The notes under the pieces were generated by a model that was given only the letters and a program-made list of their open reading frames with translations, was not told the DNA's origin and searched no databases. A program made the translations under genes and the position numbers. A stretch of DNA of 64,000 nucleotides from Armatimonadota bacterium (GTDB taxonomy: Bacteria; Armatimonadota; UBA5829), in NCBI GenBank assembly GCA_026392045.1, contig JAPLCU010000012.1, positions 41,142-105,141 on the forward strand, given 5' to 3'. This document shows, one piece after another, positions 1 to 7,760 of the stretch (position 1 is the first letter of the stretch; every line of letters begins with the position of its first letter).

Positions 1-96
1 CAAGATATTCTTGGTCGAAAGGTGGACGTAGTAACCGAGGGCTCTCTGCACTGGTATATTAGAGATCGTGTCCTAAATGAGGCTGTGCCATTATGA
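1..96 (+). CDS. Partial (C-terminal 31 codons) MntA-like nucleotidyltransferase antitoxin; 5' end lies outside the window
   Basis: Frame-1 translation QDILGRKVDVVTEGSLHWYIRDRVLNEAVPL then stop. Stop TGA 94-96 overlaps ATG 93-95 of the downstream DUF86/HepT gene (ATGA coupling), the usual MntA-HepT arrangement. Confidence 0.5.
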   Translation, partial: QDILGRKVDVVTEGSLHWYIRDRVLNEAVPL

Positions 97-425
97 AAGA
101 TGACCGGCTATACTTAATTCACATCGGCGAGTGCATTGAACGTATTGGTCGTTATGTCGAAGATGGCGAAGTTACGTTCATGCAGTCTTTGCTAATTCAG
201 GATGCCGTATTGCGAAATTTGCAGACGCTGTCCGAGTCTACCCAAAGACTATCCGACAAGCAGAAAGAACTGCACCCGGAAATTGACTGGAGACGAATAG
301 CAGGATTCCGCAATGTGATAGTGCATGATTATCTTGGGGTAGATATACCACATGTGTGGGATATCATAGCCCGCGAATTGCCCATGCTCAAGAGCACAGT
401 CATGACAATGCTAGAGGAAATATGA
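93..425 (+). CDS. hepT: HepT-like (DUF86) toxin of a HepT/MntA toxin-antitoxin pair
   Basis: 110-aa ORF with the Rx4HxY motif (FRNVIVHDY) typical of DUF86/HepT RNases. Translationally coupled to the upstream nucleotidyltransferase C-terminus. Confidence 0.75.
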   Translation: MKDDRLYLIHIGECIERIGRYVEDGEVTFMQSLLIQDAVLRNLQTLSESTQRLSDKQKELHPEIDWRRIAGFRNVIVHDYLGVDIPHVWDIIARELPMLKSTVMTMLEEI

Positions 426-531
426 TGTAACACCTGTGCCGGACCATCGGGCCATCATACTATCCGACTATCGGCCAAATTATGGCCTTTTGACCTTAAG
501 ACTTTTACTAGTAACTAGGAGGAATTTTCTT

Positions 532-2355
532 GTGAGCAATACAGTGACTAAGCTGAGTAAAGAAGAAGCGCTGCGGGAGACCGCGAAACGTTACTTAGCC
601 GACAAAATATATCTGAGCGTGCTGGGCAAAAGCCAGTCTCTCAAAATCAGGCAGGTGCTCAAGGGCATCGATGTTGAGGGTATAACGCTGCGCCTGTTAC
701 GCAATGTTATGGCTAACAACAGCCGTTTCGAAACGGTCGACCACCGCTGGGCGGCATCCGTGAGGTTCGGCGACACTCAGCGCCCGTTTGAGAGGGTTCT
801 TCAGGACATATTCATCTCGGCAGGTATACCCCTTACCGTCACACAGCTCGCAGCAGAGCTTGCCCAGGTCTACAGCCGCACGGTCGCTTATTACGGTGGA
901 ACTCTGCCGAAGATCCTGAAAAACAAAGAGAAATTCTTCGCGGTTGACGGCGCCTACGGCCTCGCGAGCTGGCTTATAATTCCAGCCGATGAAGAAGACA
1001 TCATCTTCGATAGCTTTATCTCCAATGATCAGGTCGCCGAGTTCTCGGAAATCTGCCCGGAGGTCGAGTGGACAGTCGACACCATCGCCGATGCAGCCGC
1101 TGCCGTGGTAACAGCCTGCAAAGAACCGATTCCTCTCAAAATCCTGGCGCTGTTTGCATGGCGCGCACTCGGCGAAGACTTTGACGCGGTCGATTTCTAC
1201 GCAAAGGTCATTGCCGATGAGCGCATTATGGTCCTTTCAGACCAAAAAGTTTACCCGGCGAGCGCAGCTAAAGGCTTCGCCAAAACCATAGCCAAGCTTG
1301 CCGACGAGCTCTCCAAGCTTCCTATGGAAGCCGAAGAGGAAGAAGCAGACGGCCCGGTCACGGTCACCGACACGGATAAAGAAGAGATCATAAAGATGAT
1401 CATCGAAAAGGGCAGCGCGTCCGCCGAAGAGCTTTTAGATTCCATTCTGGAAGTTTCGCAGGAAGACCCGGCTTTCGCTGGCACACTCGAAAGCCTCAAG
1501 ACAGCTCTAGCCGAAGAGGAACGCATAATGTGGCTTGGCGGAACCCGCTGGGGCAAGGTCGAGGTATTCCCGGAAGAAGTGACCGAAATCCCGGCATCGT
1601 TGATTGTGCCCGCCGTACAGCCGTTCGAGACTCCAGAGGGCGATGTTTTCGACCAAATGCTTGAGGAAGACGGCTTCGAAGGCAACCTCAAGAGCGCGGT
1701 CTACGATCCGCTCGCTGAGGATATCACAGACGAAGACCCCGCGCGCACCAAATATCAGCCAAACGGCGATAGCCAGCGCTGCGTACTCAAATATCATCAC
1801 AAACAAGAGGGCACGTTCCCGCTTTGCCAGATCAACCCGAATTTCTTCGGCGCGGAGCCTGAAATCATCCCGATCGTGCTGATCGACGAAGGCAAGCGCA
1901 AAACCTGTTACGTAAACAATACTACACGGCTGATCTACGGCCTCAAAGATCTATGCAAAGACATCACTGAGGTCTCGGGCGCTGTGTTTTACATTGAAAA
2001 GACCGCGAAATCAGGGGAATATCGCTTCAAGTTCGACGGTGAGGTCGACAGCCAGCTGGGCATTGATCTCAACCGCTCACTGGAGCTCATGGAAGAGAAG
2101 CACAGGTTCGAGAGCTCCGACATGCCGATCTATGACGTGATCACCGACATCCTCGGCAAGCAAGGTATGACCTTCGCGCAGCTCACAAACGAGGTCAACA
2201 TTGTAAAACGCTGCTCACGGCTCTTGGTCGCATCGATTCTGATCTCATATCACGCTTTCCACACCCGCGGCAAGTCTGATCAATGGCTCTTCGATGAGAA
2301 AAAGAAATCGCAGGGTTTCAATAAGACCAAGAGGAAGTATATCAAGAAGGACTAG
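532..2355 (+). CDS. Hypothetical 607-aa protein with four or five tandem HARE-HTH-like modules separated by acidic linkers and a Lys-rich C-terminal tail
   Basis: GTG start at 532 lies 9 nt after AGGAGG (517-522). A possible TTGACC-N17-TAACTA promoter sits at 494-522. Recurrent F/IxxLSDxxWGLxSW-like signatures occur (SRFETVDHRWAAS, KFFAVDGAYGLASWL, ERIMVLSDQKVYPAS, ERIMWLGGTRWGKVEVF), resembling the C-terminal hallmark of HARE-HTH domains such as the N-terminus of the RNA polymerase delta subunit. An acidic stretch EAEEEEADGPVTVTDTDKEE is present. The ORF track's upstream ATG at 436 has no RBS. Confidence 0.5.
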   Translation: MSNTVTKLSKEEALRETAKRYLADKIYLSVLGKSQSLKIRQVLKGIDVEGITLRLLRNVMANNSRFETVDHRWAASVRFGDTQRPFERVLQDIFISAGIPLTVTQLAAELAQVYSRTVAYYGGTLPKILKNKEKFFAVDGAYGLASWLIIPADEEDIIFDSFISNDQVAEFSEICPEVEWTVDTIADAAAAVVTACKEPIPLKILALFAWRALGEDFDAVDFYAKVIADERIMVLSDQKVYPASAAKGFAKTIAKLADELSKLPMEAEEEEADGPVTVTDTDKEEIIKMIIEKGSASAEELLDSILEVSQEDPAFAGTLESLKTALAEEERIMWLGGTRWGKVEVFPEEVTEIPASLIVPAVQPFETPEGDVFDQMLEEDGFEGNLKSAVYDPLAEDITDEDPARTKYQPNGDSQRCVLKYHHKQEGTFPLCQINPNFFGAEPEIIPIVLIDEGKRKTCYVNNTTRLIYGLKDLCKDITEVSGAVFYIEKTAKSGEYRFKFDGEVDSQLGIDLNRSLELMEEKHRFESSDMPIYDVITDILGKQGMTFAQLTNEVNIVKRCSRLLVASILISYHAFHTRGKSDQWLFDEKKKSQGFNKTKRKYIKKD

Positions 2356-2446
2356 TTGGTCCGATGGCTTGATAGCCTGATAGTTTGATAGTCAGATATT
2401 CATCAGCCATCAGCTTTGAGTTGACGGCTGATGATTTAATCATCTT

Positions 2447-2474
2447 GTTCGGGCGGATTTGCAATCCAGCCCGC
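2447..2474 (-). repeat. REP-like palindromic element, family A (GTTC + CGGGCTGGATTGCAAATCCAGCCCG), inverted orientation
   Basis: GTTCGGGCGGATTTGCAATCCAGCCCGC. Other copies at 6478-6505, 39963-39990 and 42601-42627. Confidence 0.8.
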
Positions 2475-2563
2475 ATTGGCCATCTGGGATCTGCGATCCC
2501 TGTGTATTTCGCATTTTCGCTATTTTTCGCGTTTTCGCGATAATTTGAACCAAAGGAAATGAC

Positions 2564-4030
2564 TTGAGTAAACCAAGAGTAAGATTCGCGCCGAGCCCCA
2601 CCGGCTCCCCGCACATAGGCAACATTCGCACCGCCGTATTCGATTATCTTTATGCGCGCCACACAGGCGGCGCTTTCATATTGCGCATTGAGGACACCGA
2701 CCGCGCCAGATTCGTTGAAGGCAGCCTTGAAGAATTGATGGAAGGGCTGCGTTGGGTTGGGATGCAATGGGACGAGGGCCCCGAGGTTGGCGGCGAATAT
2801 GGCCCATATTGGCAGAGTGAGCGGTTGGAGAATTACTCCAAATACGCGCAGCAGCTTATAGACAGCGGCAGGGCTTATTACTGCTACTGCACCAAGGAGC
2901 GGCTCGAAGAAATGCGAAAAGGGCAGGAGGCTGCAAAGCTGCCGCCGGGCTACGACCGCCGCTGCCGCGCGCTTACTCCCGAAGAGCGAGAAGCGGCCGC
3001 CGCAGAGAACTCCAACCCGGTTATACGGTTCGCGATGAAACGCGAGGGTCGGACGGAGTTTGACGACGTTATTCGCGGACGGGTTGGCTTCGAAAACTCG
3101 CTGCAGGACGATTTTGTGATGATAAAGGCGGATGGTTTTCCAACCTACCATTTCGCTGCGGTCGTTGACGACCACCTGATGGAAATTACGCATGTGGTAC
3201 GCGGCGATGAGTGGATTTCGAGCGCGCCTAAGCACGTGCAGCTCTACGAGGCTTTGGGCTGGGAGGCGCCGGTTTGGGTGCATCCGCCACTAATTCTCGA
3301 CACCACCGGCAAAAAGCTCTCCAAGCGCAGCGAGACCCAGACGACGTTCACCTACTACCGCGAGGCTGGGTATTTGCCGGATGCCATGCTCAATTTCCTG
3401 GCGACGATGGGCTGGAGTTCGGGCGAAGACAGAAAGCTTTTCAGCCGCGCCGAACTGATTGAGAAGTTCAGCTTCGAGGGTATTGTAAATCATCCGGCGA
3501 TTTTCGACCTGGCCAAGCTCAACGATCTTAATGGCGAGTATATTCGCATGATGAGCGTGGATGAGCTGGCTGAGATGATTTTGCCGTGGGTGCAGAAGGC
3601 TGGATATTTGGGCGAAAACCCGACCGCCAAAGATCTGGCTTATATCAAGGAGGTTACCGCGCTTATTCAGGATAGAATGGTGACCCTCGGGGAAGCTCCC
3701 GATTTGGTTTCATATTTCTATAACTGCGGTTTTGATTATGATGAAAAAGGAATAAAAAAGCATTTAGCGAAGGATACTACGCCTGCTTTGTTGAAGGCAA
3801 TTATAAGTAAGCTTTCAGATGTTTCTGATTGGAATACGGAGCGCATAGAGGCAGCGGTGCGCGAAGCCGGAGCAAGCGTAAGCATGGAAGGCGGGCATGT
3901 GATTCATCCGGTGCGAATGTCTATAACAGGCCGCACATGGGGGCCAGGCCTTTTCGAGCTTATGAAAATAATCGGAAAAGAGCGCTGCCTGACCAGGCTC
4001 CAAAAAGCCATAGATAAGTTTGGAGTGTAG
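2564..4030 (+). CDS. gltX: Glutamyl-tRNA synthetase
   Basis: Class I aaRS with HIGN (PHIGNIRTA) and KLSKR (KMSKS-type) motifs. TTG start. Confidence 0.9.
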   Translation: MSKPRVRFAPSPTGSPHIGNIRTAVFDYLYARHTGGAFILRIEDTDRARFVEGSLEELMEGLRWVGMQWDEGPEVGGEYGPYWQSERLENYSKYAQQLIDSGRAYYCYCTKERLEEMRKGQEAAKLPPGYDRRCRALTPEEREAAAAENSNPVIRFAMKREGRTEFDDVIRGRVGFENSLQDDFVMIKADGFPTYHFAAVVDDHLMEITHVVRGDEWISSAPKHVQLYEALGWEAPVWVHPPLILDTTGKKLSKRSETQTTFTYYREAGYLPDAMLNFLATMGWSSGEDRKLFSRAELIEKFSFEGIVNHPAIFDLAKLNDLNGEYIRMMSVDELAEMILPWVQKAGYLGENPTAKDLAYIKEVTALIQDRMVTLGEAPDLVSYFYNCGFDYDEKGIKKHLAKDTTPALLKAIISKLSDVSDWNTERIEAAVREAGASVSMEGGHVIHPVRMSITGRTWGPGLFELMKIIGKERCLTRLQKAIDKFGV

Positions 4031-4105
4031 AGTAAGAAGAATCCCTTCCCTTCTTTCCGCTTTCCACTCTCCACTTTCCGCTATTATGAAGGAGAATTAA
4101 AGAAA

Positions 4106-4429
4106 ATGAGCGCAGCTCCTGCAGTTACAGCAGCAAATTTTGAGGAAGAAGTATTAAAGTCGGCAATTCCCGTATTGGTGGATTTTTGGGCTGAATGGTG
4201 TGGTCCGTGCAAGGCATTGGGCCCGACCATAGACCTGATTGCAGCCGAATACGAAGGCAAGGCGAAGATTCTCAAGCTGGACGTGCAAACCGAAGCCGCA
4301 TTGGCCGGAAAATACGGCGTGCAGAGCATTCCCACCCTGCTGATCTTCAAAGACGGCGAGATTAAAAGCCGCCTGGTAGGCCTCCACCCCAAACCCGACA
4401 TTACCGCCGAGATAGATAAGCAGCTTTAA
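4106..4429 (+). CDS. trxA: Thioredoxin
   Basis: 107 aa with the WCGPC active site. AAGGAG RBS upstream. Confidence 0.9.
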   Translation: MSAAPAVTAANFEEEVLKSAIPVLVDFWAEWCGPCKALGPTIDLIAAEYEGKAKILKLDVQTEAALAGKYGVQSIPTLLIFKDGEIKSRLVGLHPKPDITAEIDKQL

Positions 4430-4461
4430 GCTTTCGGCTAACCGATTTCGAAGACAATGCT

Positions 4462-4493
4462 GCGCAAGAATAATTCTTGCGCGGCCTTTTTTA
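4462..4493 (+). terminator. Rho-independent terminator downstream of trxA
   Basis: Hairpin GCGCAAGAATAATTCTTGCGC followed by a TTTTTT run. Confidence 0.7.
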
Positions 4494-4594
4494 TGCCTCC
4501 AGTGAACCCTTTCGTCAATTTCTGCAACTAAACAAATAGAGAAGGGAAAAACGGCGGATTGAGTGAAGGCGCCTATAGAACACAAGGTCCGATA

Positions 4595-4646
4595 GCATTC
4601 CCTGACACGAGGTGTTTCGGGATTTGAGCGAAGCGGAAATCCCGAA
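4595..4646 (+). repeat. Family C composite intergenic repeat (cattcc-type flank + TTTCGGGATTTGAGCGMAGCGGAAATCCCGAAA)
   Basis: The core is an imperfect palindrome. Copies at 10655-10740 (inverted), 24678-24728 (a variant with an insertion) and 26217-26279. Confidence 0.75.
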
Positions 4647-4660
4647 ATATTTGGAGATGT

Positions 4661-5230
4661 ATGGCTGATTACCGTGATGAGAAAAAACTGGTTGCAGGGC
4701 TGAGGGCGGGGGAGCGGGAGGCGTATGAGCGGCTTCTGGACCTCTACCAGGATAAGGTCTACGGCATGGCTCGCAGAATGGTTGGCGGGCTGGATGCCGA
4801 GGACGCGGCGCAGGATGCGCTGGTGGAAATCTGCAACTCGGTAAAGGGCTTCAAAGGCAGGTCCAGCCTCGCTACCTGGGTATACAGGGTGGCGATGAAT
4901 GTCTGCCTGGAGCGCCGCCGCATGCGCCGTCTGGAGACCGTGCCAATCGAGGAAAATACGCTTGATAGGCAAGAAAATTCAAGCTCTGAGCCGGGAGCGG
5001 TTGCGGTGAGAAACGAAACGAAAACCACGGTAAATAACGCCATAGATTCTCTGCCGGATATTCACCGGGATGTGGTAATTTTGCATGAATTGCATGGGCT
5101 TACCTACAGCGAATGCGCTGAAGCGCTCAGTTGCCCGGTGGGAACGGTAAAAAGCAGGCTCTCGAACGCCTTTCGAGCGCTGCGAGAGCAACTTCGGGAA
5201 TACGCATCAGAAGGCGGGTTAGAACTATGA
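4661..5230 (+). CDS. ECF (sigma-70 family, group 4) RNA polymerase sigma factor
   Basis: 189 aa with sigma-70 regions 2 and 4 (DAAQDALVEI..., C-terminal HTH GLTYSECAEALSCPVGTVKSRL). Confidence 0.85.
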   Translation: MADYRDEKKLVAGLRAGEREAYERLLDLYQDKVYGMARRMVGGLDAEDAAQDALVEICNSVKGFKGRSSLATWVYRVAMNVCLERRRMRRLETVPIEENTLDRQENSSSEPGAVAVRNETKTTVNNAIDSLPDIHRDVVILHELHGLTYSECAEALSCPVGTVKSRLSNAFRALREQLREYASEGGLEL

Positions 5231-6468
5231 ATTGCCGGATGGTGAAAAGCGAGATTAAAGCATATATTGACGGCGAGCTTGGGCGGGTAATGCGCTGGCG
5301 CGTCAGCCGACACCTTGCAAGCTGCGTCGAGTGCCAAATGGAGGCTAAATCTATGACGGACCTTACAAATGAAGTTAATAATATAAGTGATATCACTGCC
5401 CCCAGCGGGCTGCGGGAGAAAGTGCTCGGAAAACTTAATTTTGAGCCTGTGGTCAGAGCAGGTTGGAAGTGGCCGTATAAAACCAGGCCGATTGCTGTGG
5501 CGGGGTTGCTGGCGATTGCTATAGTGGCGGCTGCGGTAGTGATACCGATGTTTGGACCTGCGAAGGTGCAAAGCAGGAAGATTGCGAGTGCGGGCAAAAT
5601 GCAAGCAAAAACAGAGCAAACAGCCGCTACTAGGCCAGAGGAATCACTGAAGTTCGACACACCTGCCGACACCATTTCCGCCAAAGTTGATAACTTCATA
5701 TATAACAAAGCACCTGACCATGCACCCATGATCGCCGTAGGAAAGACGGTGCCTGCGCGAAACGCGGCTAAATTTAGCGACGGTCACATAAACCCGCAGC
5801 TCATGATAATCAAAAACGCCGAAATGACTGTGCTGGTTAAGGATTTCTCTAAAGCCAATGATGCGGCGGTTTTTGTGGCTAAGTCTCTTGGCGGGTTTGT
5901 GACTGATTCTTCGGTGAGCTCTGATGAGGGCGCGCCTGTTTCGGGTTCGATGTGCCTGCAAGTTCCTGTGGATTCTTTTGAAAACGCAATTGAAAAGCTC
6001 GGAAAGCTTGGCAAAGTGACAGTTAAAAACCTGACGGGCGAGGATGTGACCGGCCAGGTGGTGGATATTGATTCTCGGCTTCGCAATAAACGCGCCGAAG
6101 AGCGGCAGTATTTGGAAGTTATGAACAAAGCCAGGCGCATCGGGGATATTATGAATGTCTCAAACGAGCTTTACCGCGTGCGCGGCGAGATAGAAGAAAT
6201 GGCTGGTCAGATAAAGCAGTTGAAGAGCTCCGCCGCCATGAGCACAATAAATCTGACCCTGACCGAGAAACCTAAGCCTAAAGCCGCACCGATGGGCTTC
6301 ATTCAAAAGAGTTTTACGGGCGCTGTGGCTTCGCTGGTGGGCTCTTTAAGCAAGATCGCAGGTATCATTATCTGGCTGGTAGTATATTCGCCATTCTGGG
6401 GCCTGCCGGTTTTCGGTTATCTATACTGGAGAAGACGAACGCCGATTGCGGGGACAAATGAAGCATAG
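5227..6468 (+). CDS. Anti-sigma factor with N-terminal zf-HC2 motif, one TM helix and a C-terminal DUF4349-like coiled-coil domain
   Basis: ATG at 5227 overlaps the sigma-factor stop (ATGA). An Hx3Cx2C motif (HLASCVECQ) is present. A hydrophobic helix (IAVAGLLAIAIVAAAVVI) follows. The C-terminal region matches the DUF4349 pattern. Confidence 0.7.
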   Translation: MNCRMVKSEIKAYIDGELGRVMRWRVSRHLASCVECQMEAKSMTDLTNEVNNISDITAPSGLREKVLGKLNFEPVVRAGWKWPYKTRPIAVAGLLAIAIVAAAVVIPMFGPAKVQSRKIASAGKMQAKTEQTAATRPEESLKFDTPADTISAKVDNFIYNKAPDHAPMIAVGKTVPARNAAKFSDGHINPQLMIIKNAEMTVLVKDFSKANDAAVFVAKSLGGFVTDSSVSSDEGAPVSGSMCLQVPVDSFENAIEKLGKLGKVTVKNLTGEDVTGQVVDIDSRLRNKRAEERQYLEVMNKARRIGDIMNVSNELYRVRGEIEEMAGQIKQLKSSAAMSTINLTLTEKPKPKAAPMGFIQKSFTGAVASLVGSLSKIAGIIIWLVVYSPFWGLPVFGYLYWRRRTPIAGTNEA

Positions 6469-6477
6469 ATGCTTTTG

Positions 6478-6505
6478 CGGGCTGGATTGCAAATCCAGCC
6501 CGAAC
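6478..6505 (+). repeat. REP-like palindromic element, family A
   Basis: CGGGCTGGATTGCAAATCCAGCCCGAAC, a perfect 26-bp palindrome plus GAAC tail. Intergenic. Confidence 0.8.
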
Positions 6506-6558
6506 AGATAGAACGATTTAGCTTGAAGGCTTATCATGCTGCTCATCCTTCGAGACCC

Positions 6559-6632
6559 TCAGGATGGCGAATTGCAAGCTCAGGATGGCGAATTGGTAGC
6601 TCAGGATGGCGATGTGCGAGCTCAGCATTGCT
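6559..6632. repeat. Tandem repeat, 21-bp unit x 3.5 (CTCAGGATGGCGAATTGCAAG)
   Basis: Units at 6559-6579, 6580-6600, 6601-6621 and a partial unit to 6632, in the convergent intergenic region between the anti-sigma and CaCA genes. Confidence 0.8.
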
Positions 6633-6641
6633 CCTGTTAAG

Positions 6642-7667
6642 CTAATGTGCGACCTTCACAGAATAGCCGAGCATTGGCATGAGCCAGAAAACTGCTATTG
6701 GGTAGAGGGCGTATAGCGCGCCGCCGATTAGCAGCGAATATGGGCTGAGGCGTTTGCGCAGGGTCATCTCGCCCCAGATTATTGAGGTTGCAAGAATAGC
6801 TATGACGATTGCTGTTACCGCCTGCGCGTTAAGCGCCCAGGGAGTGAAAAGCATGCCTATGGCAGGAAGAATGCTGCTTTGAAAAACCATTGCGCCAGTG
6901 ATGTTGCCGAGGGCCAGAGTATCTTTGCGATGCCTGGTCCAGGTGATTGAATTGAACTTTTCGGGCAGCTCGGTGGCTATCGGGGTGATGATAATGCTCA
7001 AAACCAACGGCGAAATTCCGAGAGTCCCTGCAGCTATGGTGATGCTGTCCACAAACTCCTTCGCTCCGATAAGCATAAGCGCCAGACCTGCGACCAATTG
7101 CACGACGACAATTCGCAGGTGCGGAGTGGCCACCCTCCTGTGAAAATGCAGAGGCCGCAGGCTCTGCTCATCAGTTGTGCTTTCAGATGCCATGGTCTTC
7201 TTTACATAGAGTATGTAGATTACAATGAGAATAGCCGCAATTGCGAATTTGGCTGCGGGAATACTGTGGAACGCCGATCCCACCAATGCGAGCAAATAAA
7301 CAAGAAAGAATGTTCGAAGATCACATCCGACGACCTTATAATCTGCGTGAATTATGGGCTTTCGAATCTTCATAGCGCTGAATATGAGGATGGAAGCGCC
7401 CGTGATAAACATTGCAAGGGTGCTGAGCATCATTGGCGCGCCCAGAATAGCGCCGATACCTGCTTCAGTGTTCGCGGTTCCACCCATAACTACCGCAACA
7501 ATAGCAACCGTTGTTTCCGGGAGCGCAGTGCCAACCGCCGCGAGCACACTGCCAACTGCGCCCTCGCTCAGCTTCAGGTGTTTTCCAAACCATTCTACTG
7601 CGTTTGTGAAAAGCTCCGCAGCCAGAAATATCAGTAACAGGCCGCCAAGGAGAGTGAGCCAGGTCAT
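6642..7667 (-). CDS. Ca2+/Na+ (cation) antiporter, CaCA family (YrbG-like)
   Basis: Polytopic membrane protein with duplicated alpha-repeat motifs (GTALPE ... GNITGAMVFQSSILPAIG). Confidence 0.8.
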   Translation of the reverse strand: MTWLTLLGGLLLIFLAAELFTNAVEWFGKHLKLSEGAVGSVLAAVGTALPETTVAIVAVVMGGTANTEAGIGAILGAPMMLSTLAMFITGASILIFSAMKIRKPIIHADYKVVGCDLRTFFLVYLLALVGSAFHSIPAAKFAIAAILIVIYILYVKKTMASESTTDEQSLRPLHFHRRVATPHLRIVVVQLVAGLALMLIGAKEFVDSITIAAGTLGISPLVLSIIITPIATELPEKFNSITWTRHRKDTLALGNITGAMVFQSSILPAIGMLFTPWALNAQAVTAIVIAILATSIIWGEMTLRKRLSPYSLLIGGALYALYPIAVFWLMPMLGYSVKVAH

Positions 7668-7760
7668 TTGCTTTATTACCTCTTTTTTAGGGAACAGGGA
7701 ATAGGGAACAGGTTACAGAAGGGAAGGAGCTTGATGGCCCTAATATATCATAAAGCAATG

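Noticed and set aside
2356-2563. Possible T-box or attenuator leader upstream of gltX
   Set aside because: Hairpins and short repeats are present (TGATAG x3, TTTTCGC x3, a 9-bp-stem hairpin at 2398-2434), but no T-box consensus (AGGGUGGNACCGCG) was found. These are better explained as a terminator of the upstream gene, the gltX promoter, and a family A REP copy.
2342-3283. 313-aa minus-strand ORF
   Set aside because: It is entirely antisense to the well-supported gltX. It has no RBS or family signal and is a GC-rich shadow ORF.
4154-4972. 272-aa minus-strand ORF spanning the trxA-sigma region
   Set aside because: It overlaps two confident plus-strand genes. Part of it reads through the family C repeat, which yields the recurring GFPLRSNPE peptide artefact.
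6559-6632. CRISPR array
   Set aside because: The repeats are directly tandem with no intervening unique spacers. No cas genes are present in the window.
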